From assembly GCA_963747235.1 (NCBI GenBank), contig CAVVEU010000040.1:96001-160000 (forward strand): a stretch of 64,000 nucleotides of DNA, given 5' to 3'. Of the stretch, positions 44,647-54,802 are shown piece after piece. Numbering within the stretch: the stretch's first letter is position 1; each line of letters starts with the position of its first letter. Source of the stretch: an uncultured Candidatus Rokubacteria bacterium. GTDB lineage: Bacteria; Methylomirabilota; Methylomirabilia; Rokubacteriales; CSP1-6. A model generated the notes under the pieces. The model did not search any database and was not told the origin of the DNA. It saw nothing but the letters and a program-made list of their open reading frames with translations. The translations under genes and the position numbers were made by a program.

Positions 44647-45222
44647 TTACCGCGCCCGGGCGTCGCCCAGGGCGCCCGTCAGATGGGCGGCCATGTCGTG
44701 GGCCACCTGCTGCGCGACGCGCGCGAGGCCGTCCTCGCGGATCCACGAGGAGCCGAGGCGGGCGTGGCTCGCGCTCCACACCACCTCGCCGGAGGCCACC
44801 TCCACGAGCCGCGCGGTGACGCCGACCGCGGGCGTCTCGGAGAGGCCGGGCTTGTAGCGGTACTCGGTCACCGAGCCCTGCAGCACGTGGCTCACCTGCA
44901 GGAGCCGGCCGATGCGCTGGGCGGACGGCAGGCGGCCCACGTCGGCCGGGTCCAGGTTCTCGCGGCGCAGGAGATCGGCGACCTCGCTCGGATCCATCAC
45001 CGCGATCGCCCCGGTGGCGAGCAGCTCGGTGACCAGGAGATCGGCGGTGGACTGGCCGGCGCGCAGCGAGGTGGTCTGGTTCTCGAACGCGAGCACCGCG
45101 ACGCGGCCCACGCGGCCCGCGCCGGGCTTCACCCACTCCTGCACCGCGCTCGCGCATCCGGCCGCGGTCAGCACCGCGGCCGCCAGCCACAGGATGCTCG
45201 AACGCCGCCAAGTGGGTGTCAT
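44647..45222 (-). CDS. pelC: PelC-like outer-membrane lipoprotein
   Basis: Lipobox TAAGC, VAVLAFENQT, GSVTEYRYKPGLSETPAVG, GEVVWSAS. Confidence 0.85.
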   Translation of the reverse strand: MTPTWRRSSILWLAAAVLTAAGCASAVQEWVKPGAGRVGRVAVLAFENQTTSLRAGQSTADLLVTELLATGAIAVMDPSEVADLLRRENLDPADVGRLPSAQRIGRLLQVSHVLQGSVTEYRYKPGLSETPAVGVTARLVEVASGEVVWSASHARLGSSWIREDGLARVAQQVAHDMAAHLTGALGDARAR

Positions 45223-46682
45223 CAGTACAGGATGTCGAGGCGGCCGAGGAAGAATTCTTCCTGGCCGCCCACCGTGGTGGACTCGGTGTTGCGAGTATAG
45301 AGCACGCGTCCCTCCAGCCAGGGGCGAATTCGCCACCGCCCTTCCCCGTTGACCTCCCACGAGGTGATCGCGCGAAAGAGATCGCGACGCCCGACCGCGC
45401 CCGCCTGCAGGCGCACCGCGGGCGTGACGTCCCAGCCCACCACGCTGCCGATGCCCAGGACGTCTTCTCTCTTGATGAACGAGACCGCTTCGCGCAGGGC
45501 GCCGTCCGCGGTGGCGGTGTACCGGGAAAAAAATACCTGCGGGATCAGCGTGACCTGCACGCGGCTCCGCACGAGCTCGAGCTCGGCCCGCCCCGCCGCC
45601 TCCCAGCGGTCCCCCAGATCCTCCCCGGAGATGCGGTAGTGCCGGACGTCGTAGTGGGCGCCCAGCACCACCGGGACCAGGACACGGCGCGCCACGTCCA
45701 CCGTCACCCGGTCGGTCGTGCCGTTCCGGGGCAGCGCGGTCACCGGGTTGGTGAGCAGCTCGCGGATGGCCACGTCCACCGTCGCGCTGGTGGCCTTCGC
45801 GTCGTCGTAGGCGCCGCCGAGCCGCGCGGTGGCGCGGAAGATCTCCTCGCGACGCCGCGACTCCTCGAGCCCGGCCCAGAGCGAGATCGCGCGCGTGGCC
45901 TGGAAGCCGACGGTGGCCAGCGCGGTCCACACCTCCTCGCTGAACGCGGACTGGCCCAGCACGCGGTCCTGGATGTAGCTGCCGTGGCGGGCGCCCGCGC
46001 GCAGCCACCAGCGGTCGGCCAGCCAGCCGCGCCACGCCGCCTCCTCCACGTGATGCGTGGCCGCGGCCTGGAGCAGCGTGGAATGGATCAGCTCGACGCG
46101 CGGGGCGTGGCCGAGGAGGATCTCGCGGTAGGCGGCCAGCATCTCGCGATTCTCCGGATCCGCGTCGAGCATGCGGCCGTAGAGGTCGAGGGCGCGGCGC
46201 CACCGGCCCGCGCCGAGCTCGGCCGCGGCCAGGTCCGCGGTGATCCCGGCGTCCTTCGGCTGCTCGCGGGCCAGCACGTCGAGGCGGCGGCCCGCCTCCG
46301 CCGGCGCGCCCCGGGCCAGGTCGAGCCGGGCCTTCAGCCGGCGCAGCCGCGCCGACGTGGGATCGTCGGCCAGGTAGCGATCCACCACCGGGCCCGCCTG
46401 CTCGAGCTGCGCCGCGTCCACGAGCAGCTCCGCGTGGTCCTCGCGGAGCGTGCGGTTGTCCGGGTAGCGCTCGAGCAGCGCGCGATAGGCCGCGAGCGCC
46501 TCCTCGAGCATGCCCAGGCGCGCCAGGATGCGCGCCCGCATCATCTGGGCCTCGAGCGGGTCCGGGGCCTCCGGCGTCCCGGGCGCGGCGGGCGGCGTCT
46601 GCGCGCGCGCGACGGGGATCGGGGCGGCCAGGGTCAGGCACAGGAGCCCGGCGACGGCGCAGGCGAAGCGGAAGGCGGTCAC
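45222..46682 (-). CDS. pelB: PelB-like outer-membrane protein (short TPR + beta-barrel)
   Basis: Own signal peptide (FACAVAGLLCLTLAAPIPVARA/Q), TPRs, amphipathic beta-strands and C-terminal aromatic LGRLDILY; sits immediately upstream of pelC. Confidence 0.7.
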   Translation of the reverse strand: MTAFRFACAVAGLLCLTLAAPIPVARAQTPPAAPGTPEAPDPLEAQMMRARILARLGMLEEALAAYRALLERYPDNRTLREDHAELLVDAAQLEQAGPVVDRYLADDPTSARLRRLKARLDLARGAPAEAGRRLDVLAREQPKDAGITADLAAAELGAGRWRRALDLYGRMLDADPENREMLAAYREILLGHAPRVELIHSTLLQAAATHHVEEAAWRGWLADRWWLRAGARHGSYIQDRVLGQSAFSEEVWTALATVGFQATRAISLWAGLEESRRREEIFRATARLGGAYDDAKATSATVDVAIRELLTNPVTALPRNGTTDRVTVDVARRVLVPVVLGAHYDVRHYRISGEDLGDRWEAAGRAELELVRSRVQVTLIPQVFFSRYTATADGALREAVSFIKREDVLGIGSVVGWDVTPAVRLQAGAVGRRDLFRAITSWEVNGEGRWRIRPWLEGRVLYTRNTESTTVGGQEEFFLGRLDILY

Positions 46683-46731
46683 CGAGGGAGTATGGCGGCG
46701 GCGTCCGCCGCGTTCAAGGGAGGAGGGCGGG

Positions 46732-48955
46732 TCAGCGAGGGCGAGCGGGCAGGAGCCGGAGCGCGCGCTCGAACTCGAGGCGCGCGCGCTCCTCGTCCCG
46801 GTCGGCCGCGTAGAGCTCGCCCAGGAGGTAGTGCACCTCGTAGTCACCGCCCTTCACGCGGTTGAAGCGCTCGAGCGCCTGCCGGGCCCCGCGCGCGTCG
46901 TGGCTCCAGGCCATGAGCTGCCCGGCCCGCTTCAGCCCCTCCGCGTCGTCCGGCTGCACGTCGAGCAGCGAGCGGTAGGCGCGCAGGGCCACGTCGTTCC
47001 GCGACATCGCGAGGCTGCGCCGGCCGACCTCGCGCAGCACCCGCGGATCGCGCGGACGGGCGCGCATGAGGCTCTCCCATTGCTTGAGCGCCGGCTCGCC
47101 CGCCCCCGTCCAGTCGTAGAGCTGGGCCAGCGCCAGGCGCGCGGCCACCGCGTCGTCGCCGTCGCCGGGCGCGGCCGCGAGGACGGCCTCGTACTCCGTG
47201 ACGGCATCCGGGTACTTACCGAGATCCATCAGGATCCGGCCCGCCTTGGCCCGGTAGGCCGGGCCCGCCGAGGCGGCGAAGCGGCGGTGCACGCGGAGCC
47301 CGTCGTCCACGCGCCCGGCCTGCGCGGTGAGGGCCAGATACCGGAGGGCGAGGCTCTCGTCGATCGGGCGGCGCTCCACCACCGGCTGCAGCAGGCGCAC
47401 CGCATCCGGGAACCGGCCGAGCCCCTCGGCGGCCTGGGCGGCCGCGTCGCGCAGCGCCCAGTCGTCCGGGCGACGGGCCAGGAGGCGCTCGGCAACCCGC
47501 AGGAGATCCGCGGGCCGATCCTGGAAGCGATAGAGCTCGGCGAGCCGTCCCGAGCGAGGGCTCGGGCAGCGCGCCCGCGCGGTCGAGCCCCTCGTAGACC
47601 GAAATGGCCTCGCGCTCCTGATTGTTCCACTCGTGGAGCTGCGCGAGCCTCAGCGCGGGGCCGGGCACGCCGGGGCTCTGCTCGACGATCCGGCGCTGGC
47701 GCGCGATCGCCTCGGGCAGGCGGTTCGCGGCGACGAGCGCGTCCACCGCCTGCTGGGCGTAGCGGGAATCTTGAGGCGAGAGCGCGGCGAGCCGATCCAG
47801 CGCGGACAGCGCGGCCTGCCCATCCTCGCCGCCCTGGGCGAGCGCGGCCACCCGCTCCTGCAGCGCGCGATCCGCCGGGCGCGCCTTCGCGACGCGCTCG
47901 AGCAGGGCCAGCGCGCGACGCGGGTCGTTGCCCCATTCGTAGAGCTGGGCCAGGGCCAGCGCGGTCTCGAGCCGATCCGGCGCGATCTCGATGGCCCGTT
48001 CGTACGCGGCGATCGCCTCGGGCCCGCGGTCCTGCTCGACGAGCAGGCGGCCCAGCAGGGCCAGCGTGTCGTGGTCGCGGGGACGGAGCGCGGCCAGCTC
48101 CTGCTGCGCGCCGATCGCGCGCGGGCCGTCGCCGCTCGCGCGGTAGAGCTCCACCAGCCGGCGGCGCGCGGCTTCATCGCGCGGATCGGCCGCGCGCTGG
48201 CGCTCGAGCAGCGCGATCTCCTCAACGCGCGGCGCGCCGCCCGGCGCCGGAAGGAGGCGGTCACGAGCCTCGACGTCGGCGGGCGCGATCCGCGCCAGCA
48301 CCTTCCAGTGCTCGATCGCGCGATCCCCCTGCCCGAGCGAGTCGTACGCCTGGGCGAGCCAGCGCCGCCCCTCGGGATCGTCGGGCCGCCGCCGCACGAA
48401 GGCCTCCAGCACCGTCACCGCCTCGTCCTGCCGGTTGAGGCTCCGGGCGACGGTGGCCAGCTCGCCCACGACGGAGGAATCCGTCGGGCTGAGCGTCACC
48501 AGCTTGCGGAGCACCGCGACCTGGCGCTCGTAGTCGCCCTTCCACAGATAGGCGGTGAGCAGGCGCTCGAGCAGCGGCACGTCGTCCGGTCCCGGGTTCA
48601 CGGTGAGCCGCTCGATCACCGCCGCCGCCGCGGCGGGGTCCTTGTTGGCCTGGTACGCGTCGGCCAGCTTCAGCAGCAGGTCGCGGCGCCGCGGCAGGCT
48701 CCGGGAGGCGTCCTCGAGCGTCGCGATCTCCCGGTCCGGCTCGCCGAGGCCCTCGTAGGCGGTGGCCAGCCCCAGCCAGAGCTGCGCGTCGGTCGTCTCG
48801 CCGCGCAGCGCCTCGGTGAACAGGTCCCGGGCCAGCGCGTACTGCCGATCGGCCAGGTAGGCCCAGCCCAGGTCGCCGCCCCACGGGACGGACAGCGCGA
48901 GGAGCGCGAGGGTGAGCAGCACCCCCAGCCCGAGCTTCCAGCGCTCGATCTTCAC
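46732..48955 (-). CDS. Large TPR protein, PelB N-terminal scaffold-like; frameshifted
   Basis: N-terminal hydrophobic anchor or signal, then many TPRs with repeated LAQLYEW-type motifs; lies between pelA and the barrel gene. Confidence 0.75.
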
Positions 48956-51085
48956 CCGAGTCGCACGTCCACGTCCGCGGCCTCCCCGGCGCGGACCGTC
49001 AGGTGCCCGTCGCGCCCGGTCCGCGGCCGCTCGCGCCGCGTTCCGGCGCCGTCGCGGATCTCCACCGCGATCTCGCGATCCGCGGGGAGTCCGGCCAGCT
49101 CGACCACCTTCGGGCCCATGCCGGAGAGCGTGAGCTTGAGGCGCGCGGCCTCGCGGGCCCAGGCGGTGACGCGATGGCTCGCGTGCACGAGGTACGGCGT
49201 CGAGGGCGGCCGGTCGCCCAGCACGATCAGGGCGGGGTCGGGCCCGGCCAGGTGCACGTAGAGCGCGCCCTGGTGGTGCACGTAGCCGAGGACTCCCGTC
49301 GAGCGCCGCCAGGTCCACCCCGGCGCGGGTGTCGTCGAAGCGCACCGTGCGCAGGGCGCCGTGGTCCCAGACGCGCCAGCCTCCCGCGGCGCGCGCGATG
49401 CGGGCGGTGCGGAAGCCCTCCACGATGGCCAGGTACTCGCTGGTGAAGAGCCGCGCGAGCGGCTGCCGCCCGACCCACTCGTGCACGTAGCGCAGCGAGG
49501 CCAGCGCGGCCACGCGCTCGGCCGAGTAGAAGTGGTAGTAGAGGTTGACCGGCGCGACGCGACGCGGCTTCTCCGTGTTCTCGAACGTCTCGACCACGTG
49601 GCGGTAGCCGTAGAAGGGGCCGGTCCACAGGTTGGTGTAGAGGTTCTCGTTGGAGGCCGAGGTGTAGGTCTGCCACTGCCGGCCCACCTGGCGCATCAGC
49701 GGCGCGACCCGCGTGTAGCTCGGCCACTCGCGGTCGCGCATGGTGTCGCCGCCGTTGATGTTGGGCACCCCCAGCCGCGCGAGGACCGCGATCGCGTCCT
49801 CGCTCACCCGCGTGGACCCGGACCACTGAAAGAGCCGCACCCGCTTGCCCGGCGGCAGGAGCCGCTCCTCGATGTAGCGGATGGAGCCCGCGGTCTCGGT
49901 CTCGACCGAGTACGGGATCCCGGACAGCGCGAAGCTCCGCGTCCGCTTCTCCCAGTCGAGCGGATGCGTGTAGGAGTGGCTGCCCGCCTCCACGTTCGGC
50001 AGCCGGAACATGGCGCGGGCCAGCTCGTGGAACTCGGGCGAGCCGAGGAGCGTCGGCTCCACCTCCGCCACCACCACCGACACGCTGGTGGGCAGGCCGT
50101 AGCGCGAGAGGATCTCCTCGAGCAGGATCTGGCCGCTCGAGGCGCCCGCCCGGACCTCCGAGCGATTGCGCAGGCCGTCGCCGTCGATGTGGGAGTAGCA
50201 GATGCGCCGCCCGCACTGGGTCGTGGTGTCCGGCCGCGGCCAGTCTCCGACCCCGAGCGCCTCGCGGAAGAACGCGAACGGATCGAGCCACCACTGCGCG
50301 CCCGACTCGCCCGGGAACTGGAAGCGGACGTACTCGGCCGCCGCGAAGCCGCCCCACGGGCCGGTCACCACCACGTGGCTCTCGGAGTCCGGCAGGTCGC
50401 GCCGGGCCAGCACCAGGTGCGCGTGAGAGGCAGGCCCGCGCGCCCGCACCTGCTGGTAGTACGGCAGGCCGGGCGGGAGCGGCCGCTCGAACTCCATCAT
50501 CTTCGGATCCTTGCGGCGGAGCTCGATGACCTTCTGGTTGCCGGTCCAGTTGCCGAGGAACTCGAGCCCGCTCGGCGCGAGGGCCTCGTTCACCACCGTC
50601 AGATCAACGGTTCGAAGAGTCCGGCGATCGCGGAGCGCGCCCAGGTACTCGAGGATCACCACCCGGCGCCCGGCCCGCATCTGCGCGCCCAGCCAGCGCA
50701 GGTAGTCGAGCGGCGCGGCCATCTCCTCGCTCTGGAACCAGGTGACGACGCCGCGGTAGCGCGACATGGTCCGCTCGTCCGGCAGCCCGCGGTCGATGTC
50801 GTGGTACTCGACCATGAGCCCGAGCCAGTTGAGCGGCATCTGGGCCCAGCTATGCACCTCGTTGAGCGTCGCGGTCTTGGGCCGGCGGCCCTCCACGTCG
50901 TTGGAGAGCTCGCTGGACTTGTAGAGCGCCAGCACGTAGCGCGGCAGCTCGCCCGCCGCGGGCGCGCTCGCGCCGGGCGCGGCCTGCGCCGCGGGCACCC
51001 GCGCGCCGGCCGCCCGCAGCGCGAGCACGCCCGCCGCGGCGGCCGAGCGCCCGAGCAGGGCGCGGCGCGAGAGCTTTCTCGTCAT
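48952..51085 (-). CDS. pelA: PelA-like carbohydrate deacetylase with a Tat signal; frameshifted
   Basis: SRRALL twin-arginine leader, PDTTT..GRRI..SHIDGDG, GSHSYTHP, NENLYTNLWTGPFYG, PVNLYYHFYS. Confidence 0.88.
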
Positions 51086-51092
51086 GCGCGGC

Positions 51093-51963
51093 TCATGGCG
51101 CGAGCGTGTGGGTCGAGACCTGGTCGAGGCCGATCGTCGAGACGTACGGGATGAAGCCGCGGGCGCGCGAGCGCCGGATCAGCTCGGCCGGCCAGGGCGC
51201 GCCGCGGTCGGCCGCGGTGTACTCGAGCGTGAACACCGGCAGGCCCAGCGCGACCACGCGGGCCAGGAGGAGCGCGCGCGACTCCGCCTCGTCGGCCGGC
51301 CGCACCCGGTAGGCCTTGGCCTTGAAGTCGTAGTCGGTCCAGATGGACTCGAGCGCGACCGCGTCCAGCACGGTCGGGAGCCGCTCCGCGATGGGAAGGC
51401 CGCCGTTGATCATGAGCAGCGCCCGCGGATGGCGGCGCTTCAACTCCACGAGCACGCGCTCGAGCGCCCGGGCCGCGCCCTTGAAGCGCCGCGGATCCGT
51501 CTGCTCGAGGTCGAGCGCGGTGTCGGCGGTGTCGAGGAAGAGCCCGTTGACCGGCCCGGCGAGCGCGACGCGGCACCACCCGGTCGAGCAGCCAGCGCTC
51601 GTAGGCGGGCGCGCGCACGTCGAGGCGGCGCGCGTCGGGCCAGCTCGGGTTGGGCGAGAGCACCCACGGCTCACCCGCGATGGCCGCGAACTCGGGATGG
51701 CTCGTGTTCACCTCGCCCAGGCTCACGTAGGTCAGCAGGAGCGAGCCGTGCCGCTTGACGAGCGGCAGCGGCGGGTGCGCGTGCGGATCGAGCACGACCA
51801 CGTCGAAGCGCGCCAGATCCGCGGCCGCCTCGGGGGCCGCCGCGTAGTAGACGGCCCAGGTGCGCACGCCCGCCAGGGGACGGATCGGCGAGGCGGCCGG
51901 CGCCGACGCCCCGCCGAGCCCCAGGACCAGGGCGGCGGCGAGCAGGCGCCGCGTCAGACCCAC
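51093..51963 (-). CDS. Endo-alpha-1,4-polygalactosaminidase (GH114/GH166; PelA hydrolase-like); frameshifted
   Basis: Signal peptide, WAVYY, FDVVVLDP, YVSLGE, GLFLDTAD, LESI, FTLEY, GFIPYV. Confidence 0.85.
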
Positions 51964-52784
51964 GCGGCGAGCGCCTCCCCCCGGGTTGCGTGATTCGTGA
52001 TGGCCTTGATCAGGCGGGTCATCTCGAAGATCGCCCGCACGTCGTCCTGCAGCGCGCAGAGGTGGAGATCACCGCCCGCGGCGCGGGCGACCTTGAGGGT
52101 CGCGACGAGGGCGCCCATGCCCGAGCTGTCGATGTAGCCCACGTTCCCGAGATCCACCAGCAGCTTGACGGACCCCTCGTTCACGAGTCCGGACAGGACC
52201 CGCTTCATCTGATCCGCGGCCGCCATGTCGAGATCGCCCTTGGGGACGACCACCGTGATCGCGGCCGAACGAGTTACCTCGATGTCCATGGCCTCTCCTG
52301 ATCGAGCCGGCGGCGCGGCCCCGCCCTCCGCGATCGAGCGATCGGCCGGGCCATGACCCGGCCGGTACTTGACGAGGGTCCAGCGGGTCCCTCGCTCCCG
52401 GCGTATGTCGACGGAAACCGAATCGGCGATGCGATGCACCAGGTGGATGCCCAGCCCGTGGTCCGGCAGCGCGTCCAGATCGGGCGCCACGTAGCGGGCG
52501 GCGTCGAAGGCCCGTCCGAAGTCCTCCACCTCGAGAACCAGCCGATCCTCGAAGCCCAGGATCGAGACGTGGATGGGCTGGCCACCCCGGCCCTCGTAGG
52601 CGTGCTCGATGGAGTTGCCGCACAGCTCGCCCACCGCCAGCACGAGGGCCGCCCGGGTCTCCCGCTCCACGCCGAGCCCGGCCAGCTCCGCGCGGAGCCA
52701 CTCGCGCAGGCGCGCCAGGTTGCGGGCCTCGCTCGACAGCGTGAAGCGGCCGGGTGCCGCCGGATCACGTTCTGGCCGGGTCAC
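51954..52784 (-). CDS. RsbW-like anti-sigma/Ser kinase (HATPase_c_2) in frame with a STAS anti-anti-sigma domain
   Basis: LAVGELCGNSIEHAY, DFGRAFD and HGLGIHLV, then PKGDLD and YIDSSGMGAL (phospho-Ser motif). Internal RBS AGGAGAG and ATG at 52289. Confidence 0.88.
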   Translation of the reverse strand: MTRPERDPAAPGRFTLSSEARNLARLREWLRAELAGLGVERETRAALVLAVGELCGNSIEHAYEGRGGQPIHVSILGFEDRLVLEVEDFGRAFDAARYVAPDLDALPDHGLGIHLVHRIADSVSVDIRRERGTRWTLVKYRPGHGPADRSIAEGGAAPPARSGEAMDIEVTRSAAITVVVPKGDLDMAAADQMKRVLSGLVNEGSVKLLVDLGNVGYIDSSGMGALVATLKVARAAGGDLHLCALQDDVRAIFEMTRLIKAITNHATRGEALAAWV

Positions 52785-52810
52785 GCTCTGAGGCCCACAT
52801 CGCGCGATTC

Positions 52811-52819
52811 AGTATAGCA
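52811..52819 (-). promoter_or_regulatory. Extended -10 promoter heading the rsbW/STAS-pel operon
   Basis: Minus strand TG-C-TATACT, about 27 nt upstream of the first start codon. Confidence 0.55.
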
Positions 52820-52877
52820 GCGGGAAGGCGCTCACCTGGCGGAGCGCCGGAGGGAACGACGAGGAAGCGGGGCGGCG

Positions 52878-53123
52878 TTACCGCCGCGAGTAGCCGAGCT
52901 GGGCGCCGACCGGGAAGCCGTTGCGGTCGCGCCGGTAGGGATCCGCGGTCACCGACTCGCGCCAGGCCTGGTATTCGCGCTCGTCCTGCCAGCGGCGGAG
53001 CGCCCACACGGCCAGCCCCACCGCCACGCCACCCGCTGCCACGACGCAAACCAGCGCTCCGCGCTTCATCATCGTCTCGAGCGAGCTGCCCTGCTCCGAT
53101 ACGGGCGTGTCCATGGCCGCCAT
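52878..53123 (-). CDS. Hypothetical small single-TM protein
   Basis: Strong RBS AGGAGGAG; one TM segment followed by a charged tail. Confidence 0.6.
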   Translation of the reverse strand: MAAMDTPVSEQGSSLETMMKRGALVCVVAAGGVAVGLAVWALRRWQDEREYQAWRESVTADPYRRDRNGFPVGAQLGYSRR

Positions 53124-53465
53124 CTCCTCCTGATCGCCTCTATTCGGCGCCGATCGAGAACCAGAGTATGACCGAGCTCACTCCGATGAACCCCACCGTG
53201 ATCAGCGTCGTCAGCAACATCGCGCTCGGACCTCCCGGGCCTCGTCCCTGCCGCGCTTCTTTCGTCCGCCCGGGTAAGGTAGCAAGAGCCAAGCCATGCC
53301 GGACGCCGCGCCAAATCAGCCAGTTGGGATCCCGCGGGCCCCGCGGTATCCGGAGCTTGTCAGGTCGAGTGCCGAGACTTGGTCACGCCACGCAGCGCAT
53401 GCGCGCTAAGTACGTGCAATTATTGGTAGGAAGTCTGGCCCTGTTCTTGCCTCTCCCTTTCTGTC

Positions 53466-53912
53466 ATGACCGTCACCGCCGCGTTCCGCCTCAAGCTGCT
53501 GGGTGGCGCCCTTCTCGGGCTGCTGGTGGCGATCACCGCCGTCACCCTCGTCTCCGGACGGCGCGAAGCTCCACGGCCCGTAGCCGAGTCGCGACCGGCC
53601 GAGGTGGTCTCGGCGCCCGTCGCCCCGCCGGTCACGGAATCGCCGGCGCCGGTGGCCTCCCGCTCGCGCGGCCAGGCCGAATGGACCTTCTTCTTCCGCC
53701 CGGGTGATACCTTGAGCCGCATGGCGGATGGAAGCGCGCTGGGCGTCGTCGCGCGGCTCGAGCGGCAGCACAAGTTTCCCGATGGATCCACCGGCCCGGC
53801 CTACGTGATCCGGTCGGCCGATCAGCAGGAGAACGCCTTCGACGCCGACGAGCTGGAGCGACGCGCGCGCATCGAGGCGATCCGGGACGTCCGCATTCCC
53901 CCGACGCGCTAG
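53466..53912 (+). CDS. Hypothetical membrane-anchored protein
   Basis: N-terminal TM, Pro/Ala linker, small globular domain; RBS not obvious. Confidence 0.6.
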   Translation: MTVTAAFRLKLLGGALLGLLVAITAVTLVSGRREAPRPVAESRPAEVVSAPVAPPVTESPAPVASRSRGQAEWTFFFRPGDTLSRMADGSALGVVARLERQHKFPDGSTGPAYVIRSADQQENAFDADELERRARIEAIRDVRIPPTR

Positions 53913-53944
53913 CCCCCGAAGCGCAAGCCCCCGAAGCGCAAGCC
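53896..53944 (+). repeat. 15-bp tandem repeat
   Basis: AGCCCCCGAAGCGCA twice exactly (53911-53940), with a degenerate copy upstream and a partial copy downstream. Confidence 0.7.
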
Positions 53945-53953
53945 ATAGTCCGG

Positions 53954-54145
53954 ATGGAAGACTCCGTCGCCCTGGTCGATTCGATCATCCTGGTCGCGGG
54001 AATCGTGCTGATCCTTCTCACCAGCCTCCGCGTATCCCGCCGGCGCTCCACCAGCAAGCCGGTCAAGGGCCAGACCGGGGCCCTCGTCGGCATCGTGGTC
54101 TGGCTGGGGTGCCTCGGCGTCGCGCTCTATCTGATCTTCGGCTGA
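53954..54145 (+). CDS. Hypothetical 63-aa two-TM protein
   Basis: Two hydrophobic helices separated by a basic loop. Confidence 0.55.
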   Translation: MEDSVALVDSIILVAGIVLILLTSLRVSRRRSTSKPVKGQTGALVGIVVWLGCLGVALYLIFG

Positions 54146-54156
54146 TCGGCCGACGG

Positions 54157-54795
54157 TTACTGCGACACCGCCTGCTTCCAGGACACCGCCCCCGCCACGT
54201 TCGCCGGCTGCGGGGCCGTGCACGCCGCGCCGCGCGCGCCCACGCTGGCGGTCCCGCCGCGTACCGTGCAGACGCCGAAGGGCGTGCCGAGCTCCGCGGT
54301 GCCCTGGACCACGGTGAGCGAGCTCTGACCGTCCTCGGCCACCTTCAGATCGATCTCGGCCTCGCGCGCCGCGACGACGGCGGCGGGGCTCTCGATCTCG
54401 AGCTGGTTCGCGCCCGCTCCCGCCTTGGCCCAGATACCGCCCCGGCTCACCCGGAGGATGCGCGTCGTCCCGCCCGTCTTGTCCCAGCGCGAGAGGATCT
54501 TGAGCGACGTGCGCTCGTTCAGGGCGACCGGGATGCCGGGCCGGAGCTGGATCAGCGCCTGGCTGGCCGCCTCGGTGCGCAGCACGTCGCCCTCGAAGAG
54601 CGGCAGCGATCCGCGGCCCTGCAGCCGATGCTCGATGCCGTCCGTCCGCACCACCACCAGCGTCCCCACCGCGTTCTGGGCCGTGCCGACCGGCACGCCC
54701 TGAGCCGCCGCCGCTCCCACGCCGCCGCCCGGCAGCAGCGACCAGAGCGCCAGCGCGATCACCAGCCCTCCACTCCATCCGGCGCGCGCGCGCAT
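54157..54795 (-). CDS. Secreted FecR-domain-containing protein
   Basis: Signal peptide, LFEGDVLRT, IESPAAVVAAR, VVQGTAEL: pattern of the FecR periplasmic beta domain. Confidence 0.75.
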   Translation of the reverse strand: MRARAGWSGGLVIALALWSLLPGGGVGAAAAQGVPVGTAQNAVGTLVVVRTDGIEHRLQGRGSLPLFEGDVLRTEAASQALIQLRPGIPVALNERTSLKILSRWDKTGGTTRILRVSRGGIWAKAGAGANQLEIESPAAVVAAREAEIDLKVAEDGQSSLTVVQGTAELGTPFGVCTVRGGTASVGARGAACTAPQPANVAGAVSWKQAVSQ

Positions 54796-54802
54796 GGCCG
54801 CC

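Noticed and set aside
53255-53277. SigB/SigF-like promoter (GCTT-N13-GGGTAA)
   Set aside because: Weak -35 match and no cognate sigma gene in the window; not supportable.
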